From contig CAWBOS010000006.1 in NCBI GenBank assembly GCA_963790475.1, positions 96,001-160,000 of the forward strand: a stretch of 64,000 nucleotides of DNA, in the 5' to 3' direction. Both the position numbers and the translations under genes were made by a program. The notes beneath the pieces were generated by a model that saw only the letters and a list, made by a program, of their open reading frames with translations, had not been told where the DNA came from and ran no database searches. The DNA comes from an uncultured delta proteobacterium (GTDB lineage: Bacteria; Desulfobacterota; RBG-13-43-22). Position 1 is the stretch's first letter. The number at the start of each line of letters is the position of its first letter. This document shows positions 51,748-61,651 of the stretch, one piece after another.

Positions 51748-52899
51748 TCAGATCACACCGATCAATCGGGAGATGACCAGCCGCTGAATCTCAGAAGTCC
51801 CTTCGCCGATCTCCAATAATTTCTGGTCCCGGTAAAACCGTTCTACATCGTATTCCTTCATCAGGCCATAGCCGCCGTGGAGTTGAACAGCATGGTTGGC
51901 GCAGCGGTACATGACCTCGGAACAGTAGAGCTTGGCCATGGCCGCTTCTTTGGCATAGGGCTTGTGGTTATCCCGAAGCCAGCAGGCCTTGTACAGGAGC
52001 AGCCTGGCCAATTCGATTTCCATGGCCATATCGGCCAATTTAAAAGAATTGACCTGAAAAGTGGAGATGGGCTTGCCGAACTGCAGACGTTCCGTGGCAT
52101 ACCGCCGGGCCATATCAAAACATCCCTGGGCCCCTCCCAGTCCCATGGCCCCGATACTCAACCGTCCGCCGTCCAGGGTTCCCAGCATCTGGTGAAATCC
52201 TTCGCCCTGGGGCCCAAGGAAATTTTTTTTTGGGACCCGGCAGTCGTCAAAATAGAGTTCACTGGTGTTCGATGACCGCCACATCAGTTTGCCGTGCATG
52301 GGCCGGGCTTCAAATCCCTTTGTTCCGGTTTCAACCAGGATGCAACTGAGTTCTTTCTTACCGGCTTCCCGGATTCCGGTTCGGGCCAAAACCGTTACTC
52401 CGGCGGTAATGTCGGTGGAGGCATTGGTGATAAAGATCTTACTGCCGTTGATCACCCAATCGTTTCCGTCCAATACGGCTGTGGTTTGTGTATTTCCGGC
52501 ATCGGAACCGGCATTGGGTTCAGTGAGTCCAAAACCCCAGAGGTTTTCTCCGCTGCAGAGTTTCGGCAGGTATTTTCTTTTTTGTTCCTCGCCCCCATAA
52601 TAGTAAAGCGGTCCGATGCCCAGCGAATTTCCGGCGGCAACCGTGGCGGCATGGGACCCGTCAATCCGGGCGATTTCCTCCACGGCAATGATGTAAGAAA
52701 TATAATCTAAACCCTGGCCGCCATAGTCTTCGGAAACAAACATGCCGAAGAGACCCAACTCGCCCATGGCCCGGCAGGTTTCATAGGAAAATTCTTCTTT
52801 TTCGTCCAGTCCCCGGGCCTTGGGTTTAATTTCTTTTTCAGCAAAATCCCGTACCGACTTCCTAAGTATTTCCTGTTCCATGGTCAAGGAAAAATCCAT
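51748..52899 (-). CDS. Acyl-CoA dehydrogenase
   Basis: GLTEPNAGSD, NGSKIFITN, QLHGGYG, EIGEGTSEIQR. Confidence 0.96.
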   Translation of the reverse strand: MDFSLTMEQEILRKSVRDFAEKEIKPKARGLDEKEEFSYETCRAMGELGLFGMFVSEDYGGQGLDYISYIIAVEEIARIDGSHAATVAAGNSLGIGPLYYYGGEEQKRKYLPKLCSGENLWGFGLTEPNAGSDAGNTQTTAVLDGNDWVINGSKIFITNASTDITAGVTVLARTGIREAGKKELSCILVETGTKGFEARPMHGKLMWRSSNTSELYFDDCRVPKKNFLGPQGEGFHQMLGTLDGGRLSIGAMGLGGAQGCFDMARRYATERLQFGKPISTFQVNSFKLADMAMEIELARLLLYKACWLRDNHKPYAKEAAMAKLYCSEVMYRCANHAVQLHGGYGLMKEYDVERFYRDQKLLEIGEGTSEIQRLVISRLIGVI

Positions 52900-53193
52900 A
52901 AGGCGTTCTCCAAATTAAAGATGGTTTCGAAAAAAATCTAGCGGATGTGTTGCGCCGCACTCTTTTTCAAGGCAGGGGACTTTTGTGTACGCCTCACTCC
53001 GCGGAAGTTGCGCCACCACTCCCGATGGCGGGAGATCCAAAGGAATAAAGCGGTTAAATTCACAGATCAAAAATACTATAGGAAGTAAACAAAGTCATTA
53101 AAAAATTCCCGACCTTTTGATTTCTTCTTGACAATTTTTTTTTGCTTTTGTCAAAATATACCAACCGTTCTGTTTTTTGTCAATAAGGCAATT

Positions 53194-53702
53194 ATGGGAA
53201 CCAAGGGTATCAAAACCCGGCAGTCAAATTCATCGGTCAGGTGACCAAAATAAAACAAACCGAGCCACAAACGGTTATCGAATGGCCCCGGTCTCTAACC
53301 CATGTTCACACCTATGGCCTGCTTTCCCCTTTTTTCAAGGTCTGAAGGAAGGGAAGCTGAAAGGCACTTTCTGCCCTAATAAAAAGTGTCCGGAGGACCT
53401 GCTCTGGATACCAGCACGGGCCCATTGCCCGGACTGCCATAACGGAAATGAAATAGAAAACCCTTCGCAATCCGGTGATCGGGAAAGTCTATGCCTATAC
53501 CGAAGTGGCTTATGCCGGCCCCGGGATTGAGCTTTCCACCCCCTATTGGCAGATCGATGTGCAGATACCCGGTTTGACTACTGTTCCTAAAAGCTATCTT
53601 CTGTATGGTAACCCTTATATTGGGATGAAGGTCAAAGCAGAATTCCGGACCGAAAAACCCACCAATACGGTTCTCGATTATTATTGGGTGCCGGTGGAAT
53701 AA
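53194..53702 (+). pseudogene. Zn-ribbon/OB-fold (DUF35-like) pseudogene
   Basis: FFQGLKEGKLKGTFC..C..PARAHCPDC and GKVYAYT..GMKVKAEF lie in different frames; several 1-nt indels and an in-frame TAG near 53454. Confidence 0.75.
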
Positions 53703-53777
53703 TAGAATGAATCCACTTATTTTTTGATCTTATTCTCCTCGAGGGAGGTCAAAGAGATTACCGGAAAAGGTTTTCCT

Positions 53778-53814
53778 TTTGAGTAGAAGCGGTTTCTGAC
53801 CGCTTCTACTCAAA
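53778..53814. terminator. Strong 16-bp hairpin, probable intrinsic terminator
   Basis: TTTGAGTAGAAGCGGT-TTCTG-ACCGCTTCTACTCAAA. Confidence 0.7.
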
Positions 53815-54113
53815 TATTGAACCCCTGAGAATCTTATAAGAGAACCTCTATTTTGGGAAAATAATCAGTCGGCCATTCTTTCTTCGAGTCGCTTAGTTAG
53901 GATCCCGGTGTTTTCCCTCCCTATATCCTTTGTATCGAAAAACAAAAAAACCATTACAAAGGAATCAAATATTGCTATAATAAAATCAAACTCCATCGTT
54001 TGAACAACGATTGATCTTTTTTATCGACCTGGTCATCCGAGGAGAGTATCCAAGTGGACCCAGTGATTTGAGATTTGACAGTATCCGAAGGACCGCTATC
54101 CAGAGGAGGCCCC

Positions 54114-55157
54114 ATGTTGTTTAAAGAAGATTATGGAAAACATTTCATTCTTCTACTTCGATGGATTCTCATCATTATTGTTGGAAGTATCCTCTACTTC
54201 AGTTATCCCCTCAACGGACAATTAACACCTTCGATTTTTTTCATCCCTTTTTACATTCTAACCAATCTGGGATTGTGGTTGTGTCCGGAGGGCTGGTTTC
54301 AGAGGCAAGGGTTTATTTTTTTGATCCTGCTGTTAGATATAATCCTCACCACCCTGGCCCTTTTTCTAGCCGTTCAAAACGATTCGCAATTTTACCTGGT
54401 CTTTTTTCTGATCCTCTTGGTTGCCGCCGCCTCCCGACGGGCCAAATTGCTCTATTCCGCCTTTGGCCTGATCCTGATCGTCTATGGGATTTCTTTATAC
54501 TTAAAGGCCCCGGAAAAATTCCTGGAGACAAACACGCTGCTTCGATTTCCTTTTATCTTTATCGTCACCTTTTTCTTCCACGGTATGATGGAATCCTATA
54601 ATCGAATTTTTCAGGAAAAGGAGACCTTGACTGAAGATTATCGGGAATTGGAGGTTCTGACGGAGGTGGCTCAATCCATCGAGCAGGACAGAAACCTGCC
54701 CAAATTTCTACTGACCTTGACCCAAATTATGACTAATAAATTCGAACTTCAGCGCTGTACTGCCGTCTATATGGACCATAAAGAAGAAACTGGCTGTATG
54801 GTTTCTTCGGATGACAGCCCGGAAAAGCAACCCCTCCTTCTCGATTTAAAGAAGTATCCTGCCTTGAAAGAATCTTTAAAAAAAGAACGCACCTCCGGGG
54901 AAACGGAGGTCGAATCTCCTTTATCTGAGAACCCTTCAAGATACATATTAAAAACCATTTCCCTGGATTTCCGTCATAAAAATCTGGGGACTTTGTATCT
55001 TCGGGCCAACACCCCCCAACGGCGATTAACCCACAGGGAAGAATTCTTCCTGAACAGTTTAGCCCACATCGCTGCTATGGCCATTTTTAATTTCGGATTG
55101 GATCGGCTGGCCAAACAAAGGGATAATGGGGATCGAGGTGGCAAGGAATATAGATGA
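54114..55157 (+). CDS. Multi-TM membrane protein with a C-terminal GAF-like domain and no output domain
   Basis: About six hydrophobic helices, a coiled coil, then LGTLYLR..LT.REEFFL..LA.IAAMAI; AGGAGG RBS before 54114. Confidence 0.7.
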   Translation: MLFKEDYGKHFILLLRWILIIIVGSILYFSYPLNGQLTPSIFFIPFYILTNLGLWLCPEGWFQRQGFIFLILLLDIILTTLALFLAVQNDSQFYLVFFLILLVAAASRRAKLLYSAFGLILIVYGISLYLKAPEKFLETNTLLRFPFIFIVTFFFHGMMESYNRIFQEKETLTEDYRELEVLTEVAQSIEQDRNLPKFLLTLTQIMTNKFELQRCTAVYMDHKEETGCMVSSDDSPEKQPLLLDLKKYPALKESLKKERTSGETEVESPLSENPSRYILKTISLDFRHKNLGTLYLRANTPQRRLTHREEFFLNSLAHIAAMAIFNFGLDRLAKQRDNGDRGGKEYR

Positions 55158-55992
55158 AAGAATTTTCATGGGCCCGGATGATCCATTATATATCTATGAA
55201 TTGGAAGGAAACCTCTCCGACCCCGAAAGCTTTTTTAGGGAAAACTTTTTGGCCCATTGGCGGGAAGGGGGCAGCCATTTCTTGTTTTTCTCCCACCCCC
55301 AGGAAGAAGATCTTAAGACATTTCTAAAAAGCCAATCTGGAGGCACCTGGGTTCGGACCCATACCCTATCCTATAAAGACTGGCAAGGCGGAGAGCTTTT
55401 GGACTCCTTGTCGGTCGGAAAATTTTTTTTTATTTCCCCTTGGATTTCCCGGCCCGAAGACCCGGAGGGCATCGTTATCCGTCTGGATCCCGGCGTGGTC
55501 TTCGGCTCTGGAACCCACCCTACGACCAGGGACTGCCTTCTGGCTCTCTCCTGGATTTATGATCGGGAACAGCCCCGAAAGGTCCTGGATTTGGGGACGG
55601 GTACAGGAATCCTGTCCTTAGCTGCAGTTTCTTTAGGGGCCGAAGAAGTTCTGGCCGTCGACCTGAATCCGGCTTGTGTCCGGACGACCGAAAAAAATGC
55701 GGAGTCAAACAATCTGAAAACCAGGATCAAGGTCTTGGAAGGCCGGGCTGAAGATTATATTCAGGAACCGGCTGACCTTGTTCTAGCCAACCTTCATTTC
55801 TCAGTAATCAAGGAACTCGTTAAAAACAAATTTCTGTTTGAAAAAAAATGGGTAATCCTTTCCGGCCTGCTGCGCAGTGAATTTCTGGAAGTCAAGCATC
55901 GTTTGCAGGTCCCGGGATTTGAAATCCTTCAAGAAAGGGATTCTGAATTCACCTGGTTTACGATAGTGGGGAGAAATAAAGTGAAATTATGA
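55126..55992 (+). CDS. PrmA-like (L11) SAM-dependent methyltransferase
   Basis: DPGVVFGSGTHPTT, VLDLGTGTGILS, ANL, ILSGL. Confidence 0.88.
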   Translation: MGIEVARNIDERIFMGPDDPLYIYELEGNLSDPESFFRENFLAHWREGGSHFLFFSHPQEEDLKTFLKSQSGGTWVRTHTLSYKDWQGGELLDSLSVGKFFFISPWISRPEDPEGIVIRLDPGVVFGSGTHPTTRDCLLALSWIYDREQPRKVLDLGTGTGILSLAAVSLGAEEVLAVDLNPACVRTTEKNAESNNLKTRIKVLEGRAEDYIQEPADLVLANLHFSVIKELVKNKFLFEKKWVILSGLLRSEFLEVKHRLQVPGFEILQERDSEFTWFTIVGRNKVKL

Positions 55993-56447
55993 AGACAGAC
56001 CCAACACCGGAACGATTGGAGTTTTTAACCGTGGATTTCTCCCAAGGCTTTATCGCCGATCTGGGAATGGAGGTTGTCCAATACGAAAAAGGATATCTCG
56101 AATCTCGGATGGAGATCCTGCCTCGACACCGGCAACAGGATCAGTATATCCATGCCGGGGTCCTGGCCACGATGGCCGACCATACCGCCGGTTATGCTGC
56201 TTTTAGTCTGGTGGCCAAAGATTTTAGAATATTAACCCTTGAATTCAAAATCAATTTTTTTCGGCCCGGTTATGGTCAAAGCCTGATCTGTAAATCCCGG
56301 ATCCTTCACCAGGGGGGGCAGGTACTGGTGGGGGAGTCTGAGGTTTATGATCAACAACCGGAAGGGAATTTTCTGGCAGCCAAGGCCATGATCACTTTGA
56401 TGGCAGTCCATGAAAGCAGGATAAAGAGGGTGTCGAGTAACGGTTGA
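55989..56447 (+). CDS. PaaI-family thioesterase
   Basis: HAGVLATMAD, TLEFKINF. Confidence 0.9.
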   Translation: MKTDPTPERLEFLTVDFSQGFIADLGMEVVQYEKGYLESRMEILPRHRQQDQYIHAGVLATMADHTAGYAAFSLVAKDFRILTLEFKINFFRPGYGQSLICKSRILHQGGQVLVGESEVYDQQPEGNFLAAKAMITLMAVHESRIKRVSSNG

Positions 56448-56702
56448 AAAGAGGAAAGATGCCCGATGGTGCGGAACGAGACGAAAAGCCGGATTCGAAA
56501 AGAAGGAAGGATCATGGGCTTACGATTTCTTGAGAGGATAACAAAAATCGTTCTTTATTCTTAAATCAAAATATCAAGTCCAACTTTTAATGTCGAACTT
56601 TGCAACGCCATCGTCCCATCTCTCCCCCATAGGTCATCAACCTTCGTCTTCCGGCAATCATCTGGGGAAACTTGCTTTACCCGCGGAGACCGGTTTTTTC
56701 TC

Positions 56703-56767
56703 TTGACAAAAGATTTTAGGAAATTATAATCATATTATAGTTAAATTGTAGTTAATTTATAGCCATT
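56703..56767 (+). promoter_or_regulatory. Consensus sigma70 promoter overlapped by four tandem 11-bp repeats
   Basis: TTGACA (56703)-N16-TATAAT (56725); repeats TTATAATCATA, TTATAGTTAAA, TTGTAGTTAAT, TTATAGCCATT (56724-56767). Confidence 0.75.
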
Positions 56768-56799
56768 TGTTGTTCCCATTTTTATGACAGAGGAACTTT

Positions 56800-56991
56800 A
56801 TGACCGCCCAAAAAAAAGAAATAAAATCACCCACTAAGGGAGAAGAACCATTCAAATCTCCTAAGGCAAAATTCGAGGTTTTTGGAGAAGAGATGATCGA
56901 AAAGGAAGTGAAGCAAAGCGGGAACAGCGGGCGCGTTTATCTGCCCCCTGAATGGGTGGGGAAACATGTCAAAATCATAAGGATAGACTGA
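56800..56991 (+). CDS. DUF2080-family small protein (AbrB-like hairpin)
   Basis: EMIEKEVKQSGNSGRVYLPPEWVGKHVKIIR. Confidence 0.85.
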   Translation: MTAQKKEIKSPTKGEEPFKSPKAKFEVFGEEMIEKEVKQSGNSGRVYLPPEWVGKHVKIIRID

Positions 56992-57455
56992 TGAGACAAA
57001 ATAACAAGTTAAAATCAATAAAAATAAGAACTTTGACAACAAAGGACCTGCCCCAGATCATCAGGATTGAGGAAGCAATAACCAAAACCAAAGTCAGCCA
57101 GCAAAAGAAAGCCTTTTTAAGGGACCACATTCAGAAAGAAGGCAGTGTCAGCTTGGTGGCCCAGGTGGAAGGGCAGGTGGTAGGGTTTATCATCAGCGAA
57201 ATTTTGACCAATAGTTTCGGTTTGGATCAGGGGGGTTGGATTGAAAACTTCGGGATTCTTCCCCAATACATGGGCCAGGGCATCGGGCGAACTCTGGCCC
57301 GTCATCTATTCGAGGTATACTGGAAAAAGAAGATATTCGAAATATATACATCCGTCCGCTGGGATTCGGTCGATCTGCTTTCTTTTTTTAAATCCATAGG
57401 TTTTGACCGCAGCAGCTTTATTAATCTCTATAAAAAGTTGGATGAAAAAGAATAA
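56991..57455 (+). CDS. GNAT-fold protein
   Basis: SLVAQVEGQVVGF, QYMGQGIG CoA-binding motif, FFKSIGF; TGATG stop/start overlap with DUF2080. Confidence 0.88.
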   Translation: MRQNNKLKSIKIRTLTTKDLPQIIRIEEAITKTKVSQQKKAFLRDHIQKEGSVSLVAQVEGQVVGFIISEILTNSFGLDQGGWIENFGILPQYMGQGIGRTLARHLFEVYWKKKIFEIYTSVRWDSVDLLSFFKSIGFDRSSFINLYKKLDEKE

Positions 57456-57633
57456 TTTCTGGTTCAGTATGCCTGAACTCAGGGCCTAAATTTTGATAGA
57501 AAAATGACTTCAGCACCTTAAGCCATTCCGAGCTTTCTCCGACCGTGAAGGCTGTTTTAAGTCATGTGGCTGCTACTCAGAATTAATCAAAAAGTTTGCT
57601 ATGGATGCAGGTGATTTTTAAGAGGTATTAAAA

Positions 57634-59643
57634 ATGAGATACGCAGAGACCGGGTTTAATTTGGAAATTGATTTGTCCCGGGGAAATATCGAGAGAGTGG
57701 AAACCGATCCAAAGGACACGGAACTTTATCTGGGGGGCTTAGGTACAAACGCCAAGATACTATGGGACCGGGTTCCCCCAGAAACCTATCCTTTTTCTCC
57801 TGAAAATTTACTGATATTCGGTACCGGTCTTTTATGCGGTACCCCGGCTACCGGCTGTAATCGGACCATTGTAACGACTGTTTCGCCTCAAACGGAGTTG
57901 ATGGCCTTTTCCATGATGGGGGGATTTTGGGCCCCGGAATTGAAATATGCCGGATACGATAAAGTGATCCTGCGCGGCAAGTCCCCCGATCTGGTCTATT
58001 TGTGGATCAACAATGACCAGGTGGAAATACGGAAGGCCTCTCATTTGCAGGGTAAAGGCGCCGTTGAAACACAAGAACTCATTCAGAAGGAATTGAAGGA
58101 GCCCAAGGCCCAGGTGGCGGCTATCGGACTGGCCGGTGAAAACCGCGTCTATTTTGCATCCATCGAACAAGGCCGATCCAGCGCCAGCCGGCAGGGCCTT
58201 GGGGCGGTTATGGGAGACAAAAGGGTAAAAGCCATCGCTGTCCGCGGAACCAAAGATATCCAGGTCGCCCGACCGGATGAGTTTATGGAACTGTGCAAGG
58301 AAGTGCTGGAATATATAAAATTCCGAAATGAAAATCCGATTCCGGGGGTTATGCCCATTTTAGCCGGACTGGGGTCGCCGCAAGAGATGAAAGTCCATGA
58401 TGAAAAGTGGCACACTGAAAATTTCATGTGGGGAAATTCCCGCACCCGCAAGAAGGATTTTTGGAACGAGGAAATCGCCAAGCAGTGGACGGAGACCCTG
58501 GATAGTATGCGGAGGCGACTCATAAGTTGTTATAACTGTCCGATGACCTGCGGGGCCACCATCTCCCCCCCGGGACTTCCCACCTACATGATGAAATGCT
58601 TCTCGAAATTGACCTATACCATGGCGGCGATGTCAGACCTGGAGTTTGGTTTAGGTATCGCTCAAAGGGCCACGGAGTATGGGGTGGACGCGTTCTCGGC
58701 CCCGCAAGTAATGGCCTTTGCCCTGGAACTTTACGAAGCCGGTATTTTGACTGACCAGGACTTTCCGGGAATGCCCTCCGATACCGAGGGGAGATTTTAC
58801 TGGTTGCTGGACCGAATTGTTCGGCGGGAAGGGATCGGAGATGTGTTGGCCAACGGCACGTATTGGGCGGCCAAACAAATCGGCCGGGGGGCGGAGAAGT
58901 ACGCCCATAATAACATCAAGAAACACGAGCAATTGCCTCTCAAGCTGTCCATGCTGAATCCCATTTATTTCCTCATGTATGCTACCGGTGAGAAGATTAA
59001 CATCACCCAGATTGAAGGGCAGTTCCCCCAGTCCCCTTATCCTACCAGAGAGGAGCGGGAAGCCTTTGTCAAGGATTGGTTCCAGGTTCCGGATGAAAAG
59101 TTCAAGCAGATTTTTTTGGACTGGGAACCCCGCGGTGAGAACTCCATGCCCTATTACCCCACAGTGGACATGTGTTGTGATATTGTTGACTGGCAAGAAC
59201 GGATGCACTATATTGATGACGCTCTCGGGATGTGCTCCGGCTTATCCTCATTTCCTCTGAAACCCCCCTATCATCTTCATAATTACCCGAAATTCATCTC
59301 ATCCGGTGCCGGGATCGATATGGATGAAGAAAAACTGACGCAAGCAGTCAAGAGATACCGGACTTTAGTTAGAGCCAATAATACGAGAAGGGGCCTGAGG
59401 AGAAAAGATGAAAAGCCTCCGGAGGATCATTGGAAAAAAAGATTTCCCGAACTTGAAAAGAAACTCTTGGATACCTATTACAAATTCAAGGGGTGGAACG
59501 AAGATGGGATTCCCACAAAGGAATCATTGCATGAACTGGGTTTGGATTATGTGAGCGAAGACTTCGAAAAGAGAGGGATCTATTTAGATCCTGGAAATAC
59601 GCCTTCCGGGGAGACCTTGGTGGAAAAAGGGAAGGAGGCGTAA
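57634..59643 (+). CDS. bamB: Class II benzoyl-CoA reductase W-pterin subunit (AOR family)
   Basis: MRYAETG N-terminus, QEMKVHDEKWH Zn-site motif, CYNCPMTC, YMMKCF, NITQIEGQFP, all as I recall for Geobacter BamB. Confidence 0.93.
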   Translation: MRYAETGFNLEIDLSRGNIERVETDPKDTELYLGGLGTNAKILWDRVPPETYPFSPENLLIFGTGLLCGTPATGCNRTIVTTVSPQTELMAFSMMGGFWAPELKYAGYDKVILRGKSPDLVYLWINNDQVEIRKASHLQGKGAVETQELIQKELKEPKAQVAAIGLAGENRVYFASIEQGRSSASRQGLGAVMGDKRVKAIAVRGTKDIQVARPDEFMELCKEVLEYIKFRNENPIPGVMPILAGLGSPQEMKVHDEKWHTENFMWGNSRTRKKDFWNEEIAKQWTETLDSMRRRLISCYNCPMTCGATISPPGLPTYMMKCFSKLTYTMAAMSDLEFGLGIAQRATEYGVDAFSAPQVMAFALELYEAGILTDQDFPGMPSDTEGRFYWLLDRIVRREGIGDVLANGTYWAAKQIGRGAEKYAHNNIKKHEQLPLKLSMLNPIYFLMYATGEKINITQIEGQFPQSPYPTREEREAFVKDWFQVPDEKFKQIFLDWEPRGENSMPYYPTVDMCCDIVDWQERMHYIDDALGMCSGLSSFPLKPPYHLHNYPKFISSGAGIDMDEEKLTQAVKRYRTLVRANNTRRGLRRKDEKPPEDHWKKRFPELEKKLLDTYYKFKGWNEDGIPTKESLHELGLDYVSEDFEKRGIYLDPGNTPSGETLVEKGKEA

Positions 59644-59645
59644 TC

Positions 59646-60188
59646 GTGGCGGGTGAGAAAACAAAGAAGATCATTAAAACGATAAAAGTTGATGCTGACA
59701 AATGCAATGGTTGCCGGTCCTGTGAGGTCATCTGCTCCGCCTTTCACGCCGCCCCAAAATACAGCAGCAATAATCCGGCCAGGTCTCGTATCCGGGTGAT
59801 TCGTGAGCCACTCAGAGACATATATGTTCCGGTATATGCAGGGGAATATGCTTCAGCCGAATGTATGGGCCGGGACAAGTATGTGATTGACGGAAAGGAA
59901 TACGAAGAGTGCGCTTTCTGCCGGGCTTCCTGCCCGTCACGGGACCTTTTCAAAGAACCTGACTCCGGTCTCCCTCTAAAATGTGATATGTGTGAAGGTG
60001 AAGAATCGCCCTTGTGTGTTCAGTGGTGCATAACCGATGCCTTGACCTATGAACAAAGGGAAGAGGAGGCCGAAGAAGAGATGAAGCCCGAGGACATGGA
60101 AATCGGATTGGAAACGCTGGTAGAAAAATATGGCTTAGAGAAGGTGTCGGAAACCGTTGCCCGGATGTCCCTGTCCAAGAAGGAATGA
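59646..60188 (+). CDS. bamC: Benzoyl-CoA reductase Fe-S subunit
   Basis: CNGCRSCEVIC, CAFCRASC, KCDMC..PLCVQWC; adjacent to bamB. Confidence 0.9.
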   Translation: MAGEKTKKIIKTIKVDADKCNGCRSCEVICSAFHAAPKYSSNNPARSRIRVIREPLRDIYVPVYAGEYASAECMGRDKYVIDGKEYEECAFCRASCPSRDLFKEPDSGLPLKCDMCEGEESPLCVQWCITDALTYEQREEEAEEEMKPEDMEIGLETLVEKYGLEKVSETVARMSLSKKE

Positions 60189-60235
60189 GTAAGTATTTGA
60201 AATTTGTTTCTCTCAAAATTTTAGAGCTTGTTTAG

Positions 60236-60346
60236 TTGATAAGCTCGTAAAGTAACATCAATGATTATTTTCGTCATTCCGGGCTTGACCCGGAATCCAG
60301 GGCTTTTTATTTTTCCTGGACCCCGGCTTTCGCCGGGGAGACGGTT
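60236..60346. repeat. Palindromic MITE/BIME-like element between bamC and bamD
   Basis: TTGATAAGCTCGTAAA ... GTCATTCCGGGCTTGACCCGGAATCCAG ... CTGGACCCCGGCTTTCGCCGGGG. Confidence 0.72.
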
Positions 60347-60432
60347 GTCACGAGTTACTCGTTGGGATTTTAGATAAAGGGCTTTGTTTACTAAACCCGC
60401 GACCAGTAACCCGCAGCAAGAAAAGGAAACCC

Positions 60433-61584
60433 GTGGAGACCGCAGCCCCCTATAAAGAGATCATCGAGGTCATCAAGGCCAATGGTGGAGATGCCTTCAA
60501 ATTATGCTATCAATGCGGGTTATGCGACGCGGTCTGTCCCTGGAACAGGGTTAGAACCTTCAGCATACGCAAGATAGTTCGGGAGGCCACGTTCGGTTTG
60601 ACGGAGATTGAAAGTGAAGACTTGTGGCGTTGTACGACCTGCGGAAGGTGCCCGCAGCAGTGTCCTCGGGATGTCAGACAGATAGAATCCGGGGTGGCCT
60701 TACGCCGGATTGCCACGGAATATGGAGTTTTTCCAGCTTCCGTCAAGCCTCTTCGCGCCGTGGGCTCAAGCCTCCTTAGCGAAGGTAATCCCTTTGGCGA
60801 AGGGCGAAAAAATAGGGCCGATTGGGCGGAAGGACTTTCGGTGCAAACTTTCACCGAAGGGATGGAAATCTTATATTTTCCCGGCTGCTACCTCAGCTAT
60901 GATCCGAGATTAAAAAAGGTAGCTCGGGCCACGGCCCATATCCTTAACCAGGCCGGAGTAGATTTCGGGATACTGGGCTCCAAGGAGAATTGCTGTGGAG
61001 AAAGCATCCGCAAGACGGGCGATGAAGCATTATTCAAACGCCTGGCCAGGGAAAACATCAAAACCTTTATCGATCATGGGGTGAAGAAAATCCTGGTTTC
61101 TTCCCCGCACTGCTACCATACTTTCAAAAACGAGTATCCTGAATTCAGGGTCAACTTTGAGGTGGTTCATATCTCCCAATATTTATTTGCGCTGATTAAT
61201 GAGGGGAGGCTTGAGATCAAAAAGGACTATGGGAAAAAAGTTACTTTTCATGACCCTTGTTACCTGGGTCGACATAACGGTCTATATGACGAGCCCCGAG
61301 AGGTCTTAAAGAAGATACCTGGTTTAGAGTTGATTGAGATGGCTGAGTCGCGCGGAGATAGCCTCTGTTGCGGAGGCGGAGGAGGAAGAATTTGGATGGA
61401 AACTCCCAAAGGGGAAAGATTCTCCGACCTCAGAGTCGAACAAGCTATCGAGGTCGGGGCAGAGGTACTGGCTACCGCCTGCCCCTATTGCATCACCAAT
61501 TTTGAAGATAGCCGGTTGAACAGAGAAGATAGTGAAGTCATAGAGATTAAGGACATCACGGAAATTCTCCAGGAAGTGATTTAG
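60433..61584 (+). CDS. bamD: HdrD/HdrBC-like Fe-S protein with CCG domains
   Basis: CYQCGLC..CP, CTTCGRC..CP, CCG, HDPCYLGR, CCGGGGG. Confidence 0.88.
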   Translation: METAAPYKEIIEVIKANGGDAFKLCYQCGLCDAVCPWNRVRTFSIRKIVREATFGLTEIESEDLWRCTTCGRCPQQCPRDVRQIESGVALRRIATEYGVFPASVKPLRAVGSSLLSEGNPFGEGRKNRADWAEGLSVQTFTEGMEILYFPGCYLSYDPRLKKVARATAHILNQAGVDFGILGSKENCCGESIRKTGDEALFKRLARENIKTFIDHGVKKILVSSPHCYHTFKNEYPEFRVNFEVVHISQYLFALINEGRLEIKKDYGKKVTFHDPCYLGRHNGLYDEPREVLKKIPGLELIEMAESRGDSLCCGGGGGRIWMETPKGERFSDLRVEQAIEVGAEVLATACPYCITNFEDSRLNREDSEVIEIKDITEILQEVI

Positions 61585-61651
61585 GGAACCGAAAACAACC
61601 TGTCAGGCATTCTCAGTATGAAAAATTAGTACCTCCGGAGGGATTAGAATT

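Noticed and set aside
52935-53040. GC-rich leader of the acyl-CoA dehydrogenase as an ncRNA
   Set aside because: It looks more like a decayed dispersed repeat (GTACGCCTCACTCC) and I could not support a fold
54040-54110. GGAGAG..CCGAAGG resembling a glycine riboswitch
   Set aside because: The CUCUCAGG element is absent and the gene context does not fit
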